Source: the human T2T-CHM13v2.0 reference genome, Homo sapiens
Reading direction: 5' to 3' (one strand)
Length of the DNA stretch: 64,000 nt
Assembly: GCF_009914755.1 (NCBI RefSeq)
Contig: NC_060928.1
The notes beneath the pieces were generated by a model. It saw only the letters and a list, made by a program, of their open reading frames with translations, searched no databases and was not told the origin of the DNA. Below, piece after piece: positions 1 through 13,590 of this stretch; position 1 is the stretch's first letter; each line of letters opens with the position of its first letter. Both the position numbers and the translations under genes were made by a program.

Positions 1-630
1 AACAGTCTTAATTTTGGGCAATGGTCTGAAAATTTGAATTACTGAAAGAAAATAACTGAGGAAAATGGTTTTGCACTCTGGGTTTTCCAACTACAAATGT
101 GTCATTAACTTCTAGTAAAACAGCTCATACATAGGAAAAAACTGAATGCTTTAAAATGAGAGCATACAGAGAAAGAAAATGTGATATGAAATTATTTTCT
201 AAAATAATTTGGTATGGTGACTAAATTAATTAACAGATATACAGCTTTTAGAATACCACTTGGCACATAATTCATACTCCTTTATATTATCTTTATATTA
301 TTGTATAAATCAAGACATATTTGGTTTCATTTAAAACTGAAAGTAATCAATATGAATTACAACATGTCTATAGATTTAAAATATTTAAAATATTATTATA
401 TAAAAATCCCTGATTTTGAGAACAATCCCAATGTAATATTTTTGTTTTCATGCTATGTTTGTCCACTTTACTGTGACAAAATATTGGAAAAAAGATTAAA
501 CTTAACTCACAATATGAAAGAAAGATCAATTTACTTGTTAGATGTAGGAATTCAAATCTCAGGCCACAAATGCAGATGTCAAATTTATTTCCCTTTCTTT
601 TGGTACTTATCCCCTCCAAGCTAAACCTAA

Positions 631-1033
<403 letters not shown>

Positions 1034-2283
1034 CGTCTTCTTCCTTCTTATGTTTGCCTTTCTTTTGGAAAGTAGCTCTTCCAAGCAGAAGACTCTCTAG
1101 ATCTTTGGGAATAAAAAAATGTCTTCAGTTGATTTGATCTGGTCATATGAATCTTCATGAATTAAGAGACAATACAAAGAGTGGATGTATATCCAAAAAA
1201 AGGTCAACATTTTTTAAATCATTCAAAAAAATTTATTTGAATATTATGGTAAGTTATTATAGATCTTAAGCCATGAATGGACTGCACAGTTAATTCCGTG
1301 GTGGGGAGGTATGGGGGAAGAAAATATCAATACATAATTGCTTTTATACTGGGGAGAATATATACCCGCTTCAAGAAAATTCCCATAAATAATTTCTCAC
1401 ATTGCTTTTTAAAATTATTAGGTTAATTTTAGAATTCAAAACCCTTCAAATAGTGATAAGCTGAAGGAGAATAAGATGGTAACTATCTCAGTATATTTCA
1501 TAATCTTTGACAGTCCAGAAACCCTGGATGCCATTATATATTAAAAGGGGACCCAGCATTTCACTTACCTCCAAGTTTATTTTCCCTGGCAGGAAACAAA
1601 TTAATGTATAACCACATTGCAAACTTAGGTAATGTGCAAATGATCCAGTTCTGTTAACAGTAGACATGAAAAGAGAAGAGTATTTTGTGGGGAGTGTTGG
1701 TCTGGAGTTTATCCTGTCCCTGGACACTTTATTGGATGAGGGGTTATTATGTAATGAGAAGCTCATTATATTTTGAGGCACATAAATTGTTCTCAATATT
1801 GAGCTAAGACTCATTTCTCCATTATTTTCATAAGTTAGTTTAATTCTGTCATATAGAGTTCTGTAGAAAATTATTTTCAGGGTCTAACTACTGCTTGTCA
1901 ATGCCCCTTTTCGAGCGTCACACCCAGAAGCGCGTGCTGTGCTGCAAGGCCAGTTCAAATGTCATGTGGGAGGATGCTCAGGTGCTTATGCCCAACAGGA
2001 GTTGTCAAGGGCATCAGGCTCTTGACATTGAGATTGCCAGTGGCCACCCCTCAACATTTGAGTTTCCCAGGAAGTGTCACCAACGATCATTTGAGATAGG
2101 ACATCAGGCTTTTTTTCCTACTACTGTAGCAACTGATATCTAAAATGAGTCTAGAGCCCTTTCACATTAGTTAAGACTGTGCATAAATTTAAAAAAAATC
2201 ACTGAACTTAATGGTAAAACAGCAATTGTAGTAAAACACATTTATGTGATTAAACATACAACATAAAATAATAAAAAATGTAT

Positions 2284-2708
2284 TGTTATGAAGTGAATTG
2301 TGTCCCCAAACCCCAAATTCTTATGTTGAAGTCCCAACCCCCAGTATCTCAGAATGTGATTGTGTTAGGAGGTAAGGACTTTAAAGAGATGATTAATGTG
2401 ACCAATAGTAGAAACAAAATTTTTAAAAAATAAAATAAAGAAATGATTAAGTTAAAATGAGTTATTTAGGGTAGGCCCCAGTCCAGTCTGACTGGCATCT
2501 TTATAAGAGTGATGTTCACAGAAGAAGACCATGTGAGGACACAGTGAGAAGGCAGCTGGCTGCAAGCCCAGGAGAGTTCTCAGGAGAAACCAAACCTGCT
2601 GCCATCATGATCTTGGACTTCTTGCCTCCAGAATTGTGAGAAAATAAATTTCTGGTTTAAGCCACCTAGTCTGTGGCATTTTGTTATGGCAGCCCTAACC
2701 AACTAAAC
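2284..2708 (+). mobile_element. MaLR solo LTR (MLT1B-like)
   Basis: Begins tgttatgaagtgaattgtgtcccc; contains gcctccagaattgtgagaaaataaatttct and ttgttatggcagccc, typical of the MLT1 3' part. Confidence 0.85.
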
Positions 2709-3984
2709 TTTACAATTCTTGCTTTCATAGGAGCTGTGTTTATTCCACAGCTATAGAGATATTTTGATTCACATATTTAGTAATAGCAGGAAACTTCACT
2801 GGAGCTTCAGGCTGAAAACATTTTGGTACTTCTTTGAAATGCCTACAAAGAAACATCCGAGTATTTCATCATATTAAGTCATCTTATATACGTATACCAC
2901 ACACATACATATATATGTGATTATAAGGTTTTTATAACATTATGTCTCTGTCTATATCATCTATAGCTTATGTATCTCTATGTAAATATCCCCAAAAGGA
3001 TGAATTCTTTTAGGAGAGATGATGTAACTTATTTATGTCAGCATGTAAGTTTTATAAGTATTTGTCTAAATTTGGAAAACACTGTGAATATTAAAAAATA
3101 ATAGATTGCAAAGATAATGATCTTATCCATGACGAATACCTCATGGACAGTTATGGGGATGTGATAATACCACTATCTTACCAAAGCAATTTGCCTTCTC
3201 TAGCCAATTGCTAGAGCAGCATTTTAAAAAGTGCTGACAACATACTTACACAATTGCCTCCAAAGTAACAACCTTAATGAGAAATTTCTATCTGTGTTTT
3301 GATCTTTCCATAGCATGATGGCTGCCCTCTTTCAGTGAATTGCACCAACTCATTTGCTCATGTATGCTGATAACACCATGCTGTCAATTCTGTATTGTTG
3401 GACCTGTCTATTTTATTTGACATACTTGATCATGAGTCCTCGCATTCTCATAGAGCATATGTCACTACTTTAAATAGGGCTTGTTTTTTGCTCATGCAGT
3501 ATACATAGTACCTTATTGTTAATATTGCCAAGCATTTTCCCATTTGCCATTAAGACCCATGGAGTTTAATTCTTGAATTAAGATGTCTCTGGAATTCATG
3601 AATCTAAGTTATATTTTTCCTTCCAAGACCATCATTCTATAACAGTTTCAGTTGACATTGTTATGTTGTTGATAAATGAGTTTATTTTTCATCTCTCAAA
3701 AAGCAATTTAAAAATTAAGTACCTGAATGTCATTTGTAAAGTAAAATTGTGAGCATCCATCCATCATCTGAATGGTGCTTCATAATTCTTGCTTTCAAAT
3801 GAGTTATGTTTATTCCATAGGTATAGGGATATTTTGATTCATATATTTAGTGATAGTGGGAAACTTCACTGCATCCTCCTGTTGAAAACATTTTTTTGGT
3901 ACTTATTTGAAATGCTTACAAAAGTAACATCTGAGAATAATGTCATATTCAGCATCTTATATATGATAGCTATTTAAGAGACTA

Positions 3985-4120
3985 TCAGGTATGCATTATT
4001 ATCCCTATTTTACAGAGGAATTTACTGGGAGACTCATAAAAGTTACATTATCCACTAATCTGAACTAGATGTCAAAAGGAATATGTGAACCACGCCTGAT
4101 ACCAAACCTACACTTACTTA
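3985..4120 (+). mobile_element. MIR fragment
   Basis: attattatccctattttacagagg matches the MIR core. Confidence 0.55.
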
Positions 4121-4329
4121 CTATGCTACATTAACACATAACTCTCATTCAAATAGTTGTGCATGAATTCTAATTGGGTTTTGCACCTGAAGATTCATTA
4201 TTTTAAGGTTGATGTCATTCAATATTCCAGCTTTTTAAAAAGTTATTTAAATTCATACAGCTGGCTGATCATGTGATTCAAAACAAGTCTTAACAATAAT
4301 TTTTCAAGCCCTATCATAATAGAAAAAAG

Positions 4330-4715
4330 TTGATATTTTGTTTGATACTAAAATTAATAATTGGTCAGTGTAAAAAAAATTAAGAGAGTAAGAAGGTAAC
4401 CTCCAAAGGGAAAGAGATATTCTGAATAAAATATGTATATCCAACAAAGGATTTATGTTTATAACATATAAAAAACTCTTACGAATCAATAAGAAAATAA
4501 AATATAGCTGAAAAGAAAAAGAGACATAAGTCCTCTACCAGGGATTTGACAAAAGAGGATATCCAAATAGACAATGAACATGTAAATGAATGCATAACAT
4601 TGGGAAATGCAAAATTCAAGCACAGCGAAATATGAGTACATACCACTGAATTGCTGAAAATAAAATGCTTGAAAATAACAAGTATTGATAAGGGTGAAGA
4701 GAAATGAAATTAAGA
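4330..4715 (+). mobile_element. Old L1 (L1M/L1ME-type) ORF2 3' fragment
   Basis: A-rich sense L1 motifs: ccaacaaaggattt..., aaaagaggatatccaaat, gggaaatgcaaaattcaa. Confidence 0.7.
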
Positions 4716-4745
4716 ACTTTCCTGAGTGCAGAAGTTAGATTCAAA

Positions 4746-4863
4746 GGCCCGGTGCAGTACCTCATGCCTGTAATCCTAGCACTTTGGGAGGCCGAAGCAG
4801 GTGGATTTCTTGAGCTCAGGAGTTCAAGACCAGCCTTGGAAACATGGCAAAACCCTGTCTCTA

Positions 4864-4912
<49 letters not shown>

Positions 4913-5077
4913 TAAGCTGGGCATGGTGGCACATGCCTGTAGTCCCAGCTACTTATGGGGCTGAGGTGGGAGGATCACTTGAGCCCAAGAGGTCAAGGCT
5001 GCAGTGAGCTGAGATCACACCACTGCACTCCAGCCTGGGTGAAAAAGTGAGACCTAGTCTCAGCAACAACAAAAAAA
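4746..5077 (+). mobile_element. AluJ with an expanded A32(TA)9 central linker
   Basis: AluJ-type right arm (ggaggatcacttgagcccaagaggtcaaggctgcagtgagc). Perfect 13-bp TSD agttagattcaaa (4733-4745 / 5080-5092). Confidence 0.95.
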
Positions 5078-5433
5078 GCAGTTAGATTCAAAATATAGTA
5101 TTTGTCGACACTCATTTTTCAGAAAAGGTGTGGTGGGGCTGAATGCATTAATATTTGGAAAAGGTTCCTCAATCAGGAATCATATATGAGAGCTCCAAAC
5201 AGTAGTAAGCATGTCCCAACTATTTTCAAGATATGCTAATATTATGTCTTTATTCTTTTCTGTGACAGCTTTGAGTGACTGTGGAATAATCAACTTGAAT
5301 TTGAATGTTTTTCTCCTACATTTTATGATTTCTTATGTAAGGCTGATGTGACACTTGGAAAAGTTTGCAATGATGACTGACAAAAACAATTTTACCATAT
5401 GAACATCTACTGTGCTTTGATTTTATCGTCTAA

Positions 5434-5749
<316 letters not shown>

Positions 5750-6324
5750 GGGTTTTTAATTTTTTGTTTGTTTGTTTTTGGTTAGGAAGCATTTATGTGT
5801 AAAGTGTAAACAAATAAACGTTAAAAATGTGTACTAACCTGGTTGTAAAGGTGGTTTGGGAAACATGTAAACCCTGCTTGCTTTGCCTGCTTCCTCAGCA
5901 GGGATGATTTGAACCACATACCATTTAATTATATCTCTCCAGTTACTTGATGAAAAAAAAAAGTTTATCTGAATCACCAGTGCTCCTAGTGTTTTTGAGC
6001 ACTTTCTTCAAAAGTAAAGTCCCTGGAACCCTCAGGAAAGTCATTCACAAATTCCCTTAAGAAACACTAATTGAAGACACTAAACTCTATAATAAAATGT
6101 ATTAAATTATGAATTATCACTATAAATGAGAGGTTTTGTGAGTATAATTGTTAAAAGTAATTTTCAGTTATTAAAATAAAATCATAAAACTTAAAATTTG
6201 TTTTCAAATTTTTTATCTTCAATCTCTGTGATTCAAAAATCTCTAGCTAGCCTGTACAAAACCAGTGTCAGAGAACAAAAAAAAATGTCATCTTGCTTCT
6301 AATTTAATGCATGGTTTCTGCAGC

Positions 6325-6970
6325 AAGGAGACTGGCCTCTGGTTTCAGCCCTGTCTGTGATTGGGTATGCACCTGCATGAGTAACTTGAACTCTGCTTCA
6401 TTTTCTCTTATCAAACATGACCAAGAGTCAAGTTAAATAATGTATAAAGACTTGTGGTAGGCCAAATAATACTCCCTAATAATATCCGACTCCTAATCCA
6501 TGGAAACTGTGAAAGTCAAATCACATGGCAAAAAAGGACTTTGAAAATGTGATTAAGCTAAGGATTCTGGATGAAGAGATTATTCTGTATCATCCAAGTG
6601 GGACTTAAGTGGAATCACCAATTTTTTTTTTTTATAAAAAGGATATTTGATTCGGTAGAGACAAAGGCAATGTGCCATGGAGGAATGCAGCCACACGGAA
6701 TGATGCAACCACAAGCCGAGGAACACCAGTAGCCACTAGAAGCCTGAAGAGGCAAGGAACGGATTCTCCCTGGAGCCTACCAAGGGATTATGGCCCTGCT
6801 GACACCTTGCTTTTGGCCAAGTGATACTATTATACTTTCAAACTGCAGACTTCCAGAACTGTGAGATAATAAATTTCTGTTGTTTTAGACCATCAAGTTT
6901 GCAGTAACTTGTTATAGCAGCTACAAGAAGCGAATAGAAGACCCTTCCAGCTTTAAAATTGTATGGGTGG
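6325..6970 (-). mobile_element. MIR/MIR3 fragment split by an MLT1D LTR
   Basis: MIR core before 6450 (gtaacttgaactctgcttcattttct) and MIR3-like end cccttccagctttaaaatt after 6940. Confidence 0.55.
6453..6938 (+). mobile_element. MaLR solo LTR (MLT1D-like)
   Basis: Begins tgtggtagg; contains gaagaggcaaggaacggattctccc and ccagaactgtgagataataaatttctgttg. 5-bp TSD agact (6448-6452) / agacc (6939-6943). Confidence 0.88.
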
Positions 6971-7249
6971 CAAAACAAACTGAAGATGTAAAAATCAATA
7001 GGCATTTAGAATAACTTGCTTTTTACTAACTAAAATTCTAAAGTACAACTGAGCATTAAAAGTTCTGGGCTTCTTGACATCTGTGACTCTGATTGGTTGA
7101 GAGATTTGCTCTGATTTTTTTACTTAATGGGAATGCTTGTTACTTGAAAAAGAAAAGCAGTCATTTGCTACTAGTCTGTAACTCAGCTAATCTCTTCTTC
7201 TGATCCTCTTCTTTTGACTACTAATTTTTAGAAGTACTCAGAGATCAAC

Positions 7250-8240
7250 CATGAGTATTATTCTTTTCTATTTTTACCCACTCAGTCTAGGTGATCATAG
7301 CTATTCCCGTGGCTTTAAATGCCTTCTGAATTCTGATAGCTCCCTGACTTACATACCTGAACTTCAGATTAATAAATCCAATTGCGAGATTCATAGTTTC
7401 TCTTCAATAACTAATGGCATCTGAAATTTAAATTGTGCATTAAAAAGACTCACTTTTCAACTTGCACACTTCTATCTGTGCTTTCTCCAGCATTTCCTGT
7501 TTTAATAAGTGGAGCCTCCATCTACCAAGTTGCTCCAAGCAAAATCTGAGAGTAATCCTCAATACTTCCTTTTCCACCACCCACCATGTTGGATTCATCA
7601 TCTAATTTTGCATATTATGTCTCAAACATTTTCTATTTAATCACATCTCTCCATCTCTAGCGCTATCATTGTCTCTAGCCCGGACTCCTCCTAGGTGGTC
7701 CCCTACTTCTAATCTTGCCTGTTTCCAATTCATTCTCAACATGGAAGCCAGTTTGATATTTAGATAAGTTTACTTGCCTGCTTAAACACTCTAATTTTTA
7801 AATAAATAAAATCCATGCGTGACTTAGTCCCTTCCTCTTTCTCCAAACTCATCTCAAACTCTCCATCTTACCTCATACCTATTATAAACACTCAGGCCTT
7901 TCCTCCGTTCCTCTAAAACTTCATTTGTTTCCTGCCTCCAGGTCTTTAGACTGATATTTCCTTCTGCATGGAACACTCTCCCAAACCCAGCCCCAGCTAT
8001 GCATGACTTTTCATTACTTTTTCAACTTAAATTTCACCTCCTTAGGTAAAATCTAAAATTTTCCTGATTCATTCAATGCAAAAAAAAAAAAATCCTCCCC
8101 AGCTAGTGTCTATCAGGGCACCCTTTCTGTTCCTCTCACAGCACACATTAGGACTTGTTGCTTCATTTTATTTATGTATTTATTACTTGACTGTATCCAT
8201 TACTAGGCCATAAGTCCTATGGGAGGATGGGATCTCATTA
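7250..8240 (+). mobile_element. L2 LINE 3' region
   Basis: Pyrimidine-rich L2 motifs (tcccgtggctttaaat, cttctgcatggaacactctcc, ctaggccataagtcc). Confidence 0.7.
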
Positions 8241-8479
8241 GTCCTTTTTAATGTTTTGTTTTTATTATATTTTGCATTTTGTTAAAGTTTTACATGCATA
8301 GAAACTTTTGAAAGACAAATAAATGGTTCTGAAGGTCACGTTTGTATCCCTATTTCCTGAGATTTCAGTTTCAGGAATTATTTGGTCACCTGCTATTTAG
8401 GAGGAAGAGCAGTTAACTTTCTTCCCCCAAGCCCCATGGACATACACCCTTGCCACCACCAAACTTACCAATGTAGCTA

Positions 8480-9210
8480 GATCAGATGTTGGATTAGATT
8501 AATATTTTATGTTTACATTAGGACGATTATGCAAATGTTAGTCACAGATGAGTTTTCTCTGGAGCTAATTATCATGCTTTCATTTGCTTGTTTTCTTAGT
8601 TTTCTCTGTACTCACCGCTAATTCAATTCTAAACCCTTTGCCGATTGTCTAAATCTTCGAAATGATCAGACACATGAATCATTCTATGAATTTCTTTTTT
8701 TTTGAAGAAATATCTCTCCTCTCTGGCTCCAATCTGGGTTCATTGCCCTCTAGGCCTGGTGAACAGTTGTCATATGGAGACTCTTCTTACTCCCATAGTG
8801 AAGATTCCCTTATGTCTCTGCAAACGGAAGCTATTCCATGTTTTCTTCTTTCTTGTTTTAGTCCCTCATTTTAATGGGACATAATTCTTTGCTATCCTGC
8901 ATGACTGAGATACTTTAATTCTTTCCTTGTCCTTGATTGAATATGGATTGATTTCAAATCCTCAATTTAAAATCAATTTCTTTCAGCAATCTCAGCACAT
9001 CGCTCCGTGACTTTGTCAGTTTCTTACATGGTTATAGAGAAATTCAAAGTAATTTTGACCCATCTTTTGTTAATATCCCTTTTGTTTTTTCCCTCTCTCT
9101 GAAAGTTTACAGAAATTTCTCTTTGTCCGCAATGTTCTGGATTTTCACAGGTTCTGAATGTGCCTACAGATAGGTTTATTTGTATCCATTAATTTGAACA
9201 CTCAATGAAA
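8480..9210 (-). mobile_element. Highly diverged L1ME/HAL1-type fragment
   Basis: T-rich antisense L1-like motifs (aatgttctggattttcaca, ttgaacactcaatg); heavily decayed. Confidence 0.4.
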
Positions 9211-9444
9211 AAAGGGAAGGATGAGAGTAGGAGAAGATATATTTGTAACTGAGGTGCCAAAATTGAGGTAACTTCTGGTGAATTTTATTTTTCTAATGAG
9301 GTAAAGTCATCTACTAAGGGCCAAAAGAATTTTTGAAAAAGTTGTTCAGGTCTATTGAGGAGACTGAGAGATTGCTTATTAGGCAATTTTATTCTAATTC
9401 TTCATTAAACAAATGGAACTCATTGATTTCTTCTTGCTCAATAA

Positions 9445-10690
9445 CATCTTTTTCTTTCAGATAGAAGAATTCCCTTTAGCATTTCTTGTAGAACAGTTCT
9501 GGTGTTAATGAAATTCTTCAGCTCTTGTTTGTCTGGGAAGGTCTTTATTTCTCTTTCATGGTTGAGAGATATTTTCAGCGACTATACTATTTTAGGGTAA
9601 TTTTTGTTTTCCTTCAGCACCTTAAATATGTTACGTAACTCTTTCCTGGCTTGTAGGCTTCCACTGAAAAATCTCCTGCTAGATGTATTGGAGCTCCATT
9701 GTATGTTATTTGTTTCATTTCTCTTGCTGCTTTTAGGATCCTTGCTTCATCCTTGACCTTTTGGAGTTTATTAGATGTCTTGAGGTAGTGTTCTTTGGCC
9801 TAAATCTGCTTGGTTTTCTATGACCTTTATGTACTTGAATGTAGACATTTTTCTCTAGGTTTCAGAAGTCCTTTGATATCACTCCTTTGAATATACATTC
9901 TACCCTGATCTTGTTGTCTACCTTCTCTTTAAGGCCAGCAGCTCAGATTTGCCCCTGTGTGGCTATTTTCTAGATCTTACAGGTGTGCTTCATTGTTTTT
10001 TATTCTTTTTTCTTTTGTATCCTTTGACTGTGTCTTTTCATACAGTCTGTCTTCAAGCTTACTCATTCTTTCTTCCACTTGATCAGTTCTGTTATTAAGT
10101 GATTCTGACGCACTCTTCATTATGTCAATTGCATTTCTCAACTCTAGAATTTCTGTTTGATTCTTTTTAATTATTTCAATTTCTGTGTTAAGTTGATCTA
10201 ATTTTGAATTCCTTCTCTGTTTTAGCTTGAATTTCTTTGAGTTTCCTCAAAACAGCTATTTTGAATTCTCTGTCTGAAAGGTCACATGGCTCTGTTTCTC
10301 CAGGATTGGTCCCTGGTGACCTACTTAGTTCATTTGGTCAGGTCATGTTTTCCTCGGTGGTCTTGATGCTTGCGGATGTTCATTGGTGTCTGGGGATTGA
10401 AGAGTTAGGTATTTATTGTAGTATTTGCAGTCTGGGCTTATTTGTGCCATCTTAGTTGAGAAGGCTTTCCAGGTATTTGAAGGGACTTGGGACCGAAGCC
10501 TAATATCGCTGTGTTTTTTGTAGACTCATAGAGGTACAGCCTTGGTGGTCTTGGATAAGATCCAGAAGAATTTTCTGGATTACCAGGCAGAGACTCTTGT
10601 TCTTTTCCCTTATGTTTTCCCAAACAGAGTCTCTCTCCATGCTTAGCCAATGAAACTGGGGTGTGGTGATACAAGTACTCCTGTGGCCTG
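9445..10690 (-). mobile_element. L1M (L1MA-type) ORF1/5' region, antisense
   Basis: ccctttagcatttcttgtag, tttgtctgggaaggtctttatttct and ttgaattctctgtctgaaaggtcaca are antisense L1M ORF1 motifs. Confidence 0.85.
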
Positions 10691-11033
10691 ACATCTATAC
10701 ATTTAAGGTATAGTGAAATTAAACATGGACAGATCTGATTTAGGCATCATTCAGTAATGGATAATCCTTGCCTGTTCTTCCCACATGTATATCATTTTAT
10801 AAGTTACAGATTTTATAGATTTTTTTTTTTTTACAGATCACAAATATAATTTAGGCCCACAAGTTCAGCTACATTTCCTAAAGTCAACAGAAGAATGTTG
10901 GTAACCACTGATAAAACATAAAATAATTAAGATATTATAATTTACTAAATAGAGTGAGTGTTTTACAACAAATTCAAATAATATGCAAGTATAGTTACAA
11001 TGAAGTTCTTATTAATTACCAATACTTTCTTAA

Positions 11034-11365
<332 letters not shown>

Positions 11366-11529
11366 TGACCAACAGTTCTATAAATATTTTTTGTTCTTTC
11401 ATCTTCTGTTTTTCCATTTCATGATCATTATATTCTACATAGGAATTTGCTAAAGCAAAATTTCCTTTTATCAGAATTGATGAGAAAATTTCAAAATTTC
11501 TCAGCAATTTAGAAACGATGGATCTTTAA

Positions 11530-11700
11530 TGAGAAAATTTGAGTTTGAATCCTAGTTCTGTGTCCTTCTGAATGATGTAGCCCTTGTTGTCCTAGGGCTC
11601 TGCAATGCAAAATGGGACTATCTTTCAGAGCTGTATGAGGATTTGAGATACCTTGCATAGGGCTGGGTGCAGAGTAGTTACCTATAAATGACGGATTATT
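11530..11700 (-). mobile_element. MIR fragment
   Basis: gagtttgaatcctagttctg ... aaaatggga ... tgaggatttgaga. Confidence 0.6.
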
Positions 11701-12800
11701 TTTTCATTTTTTCCCTTTAATTATTCTAGGTTTAATCATAAAACTACAATGATTTTCTTTATCAAACAGATTTTATTAATCTCATTTTCATTGCTCTAGT
11801 CCTTTAATAAGTTGTTGACACAAACATCCATACCAGAAAAGAAATTGTAAACTAAGGGCCTGTCAGATATGTACACACAATTGACAAATTCTGTGAATAT
11901 GTTTGCCACAAAATGCCTTCTACCACAGCTGAAGTAGAGTTTGCATCAGCACCCCTAACATTCATGGGAAAAGAAAATCTAGACTGAATGTGGCCTTGAA
12001 CACAACTAATAAGAAAAATGTCCTGTCGTCTATCATATTTAGTTCATCTTTGCTATCTCAACTGCAGATGAGCTCCAAAGCTGTTCCTTTTTTAAATTCT
12101 GTATTAATAGTATTTCATTGCTTAACTACTTCAGTTCACAAGCATAACCTGGAGTTTCCTCACCCCTTGAAATCTATTAAGATAAATGTAAACCCCATTC
12201 TGTGCCCGTGTATAAATAAGAACATTTGCTAAGGTTTATGAAAATTGTCAAAGGTTTACGTTCAAATGGCCAAATTCTGGTTCCAGATTCCTTGTAAACA
12301 TGCTATACAACCCATTCATGAATCTGAAGCTTATACTTAGTTTCTGCTAAAATTACATCATTCATGTAAGATGCTGGATGAAGAAGATCTATAAAGACTT
12401 CTGTGGGGGTGGTTGAGTTGAAAAAGATTTACACTGAAGCAACACCAACAACTTCCACTCAGACACTGACAACCATGTTCTTTAAAATCCTTTTGGCTCC
12501 CATGCTATTTGGGGCTTTTCTCTTGCACTTAGTTCCACAGATTGCCAATCCTTCAACCATCATACTCGGTACTTCCCATCCCCACCCCATTTTCTTGAGT
12601 CTTTTTTTTTTACCTCTAATTCAATCCCTTGAATTGCGTTAGTTTACTAAAGAAGACTTTTCATATCTTATGTCATAATATCTTCATGTCTTGCATCACA
12701 GTGTGATCTAAAGTTCTTAGTCAGCAAAGGTCATTAAATTCCCTAGAAACTGTTAGTCTTGCTTTCCGTGTTAAAAGGCACATTTGAACAAGTTTGGTCT

Positions 12801-13590
12801 TTGCAGCGGGCATTATGATGTGTCACTGAGCTCCCCTTTCAGGACTGATCAACCTTTTCCCTGGGTAGTTATAATATTGTTGCTGTGAGCCCTCAGCTAC
12901 TGGCCTTCTTCAGAAATTGGCTCAGGTGGAGATAGTCTCCTTGCCCAAGTTCATGCTCCCATTCTAGGAGCAGTACACAACTAATGACTGATCGATGTGG
13001 AGGTATAAAGATCTTGGTTCCTTGCTTAAACTCAGAAACTTTGACAGCCATATCAGTCTCAGAGCTCCCTGTGGGATCAGCTGACTGAGCTGAGGTCCTT
13101 GTTTAACTATGTCGTGGCTTAACCTCTCCCTCTCCTCCATCCTGGTTTCCTCCTACTGTAACCTAAATGTTTGTATCCCCCCAAAATTCATACGTTGAAA
13201 TCCTATCCTTCAATGCAAAGGGATTAGGAGATGGGGGTCTTTGATAGGTGATTAGACCATGAGGGCTCTGCCACCCTTATAAAAGAAATTCTGGAGAGCT
13301 CCCTCCCCTTTTCCACCAAGTGAAGACACAGTGAGAAGACAGCTGCTATGAACGAGGAAGCAGACCTTCACCAGAACCTGATCATGCTGACACTCTGATC
13401 TCAGACTTCCAGCCTCCAGAGCTACGAGAAATAAATTTCTTTGTTTAGAAGCCAACAACTCTAAGGTATTCTGTTACAGAAGCCTGAATGGACCTAGATG
13501 TTTCCTTTTCTTTCCATAGTCGTTAATCCAGACACTACTTTCTAACAAATAAAAGGATCTTATCTCAGAGTCTGCTTCCCAGCTGCAACA
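12801..13590 (+). mobile_element. ERVL solo LTR (LTR16A-like), interrupted by MLT1A
   Basis: ggtataaag, cagagctccctgtgggatcagctg and 3' end atctcagagtctgcttccc; continuous on both sides of the MLT1A insert. Confidence 0.75.
13154..13500 (+). mobile_element. MaLR solo LTR (MLT1A/MLT1A0-like) nested in LTR16
   Basis: ccccaaaattcatacgttgaaatcct ... gacttccagcctccagagctacgagaaataaatttct ... gcctgaatggac. Confidence 0.85.
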
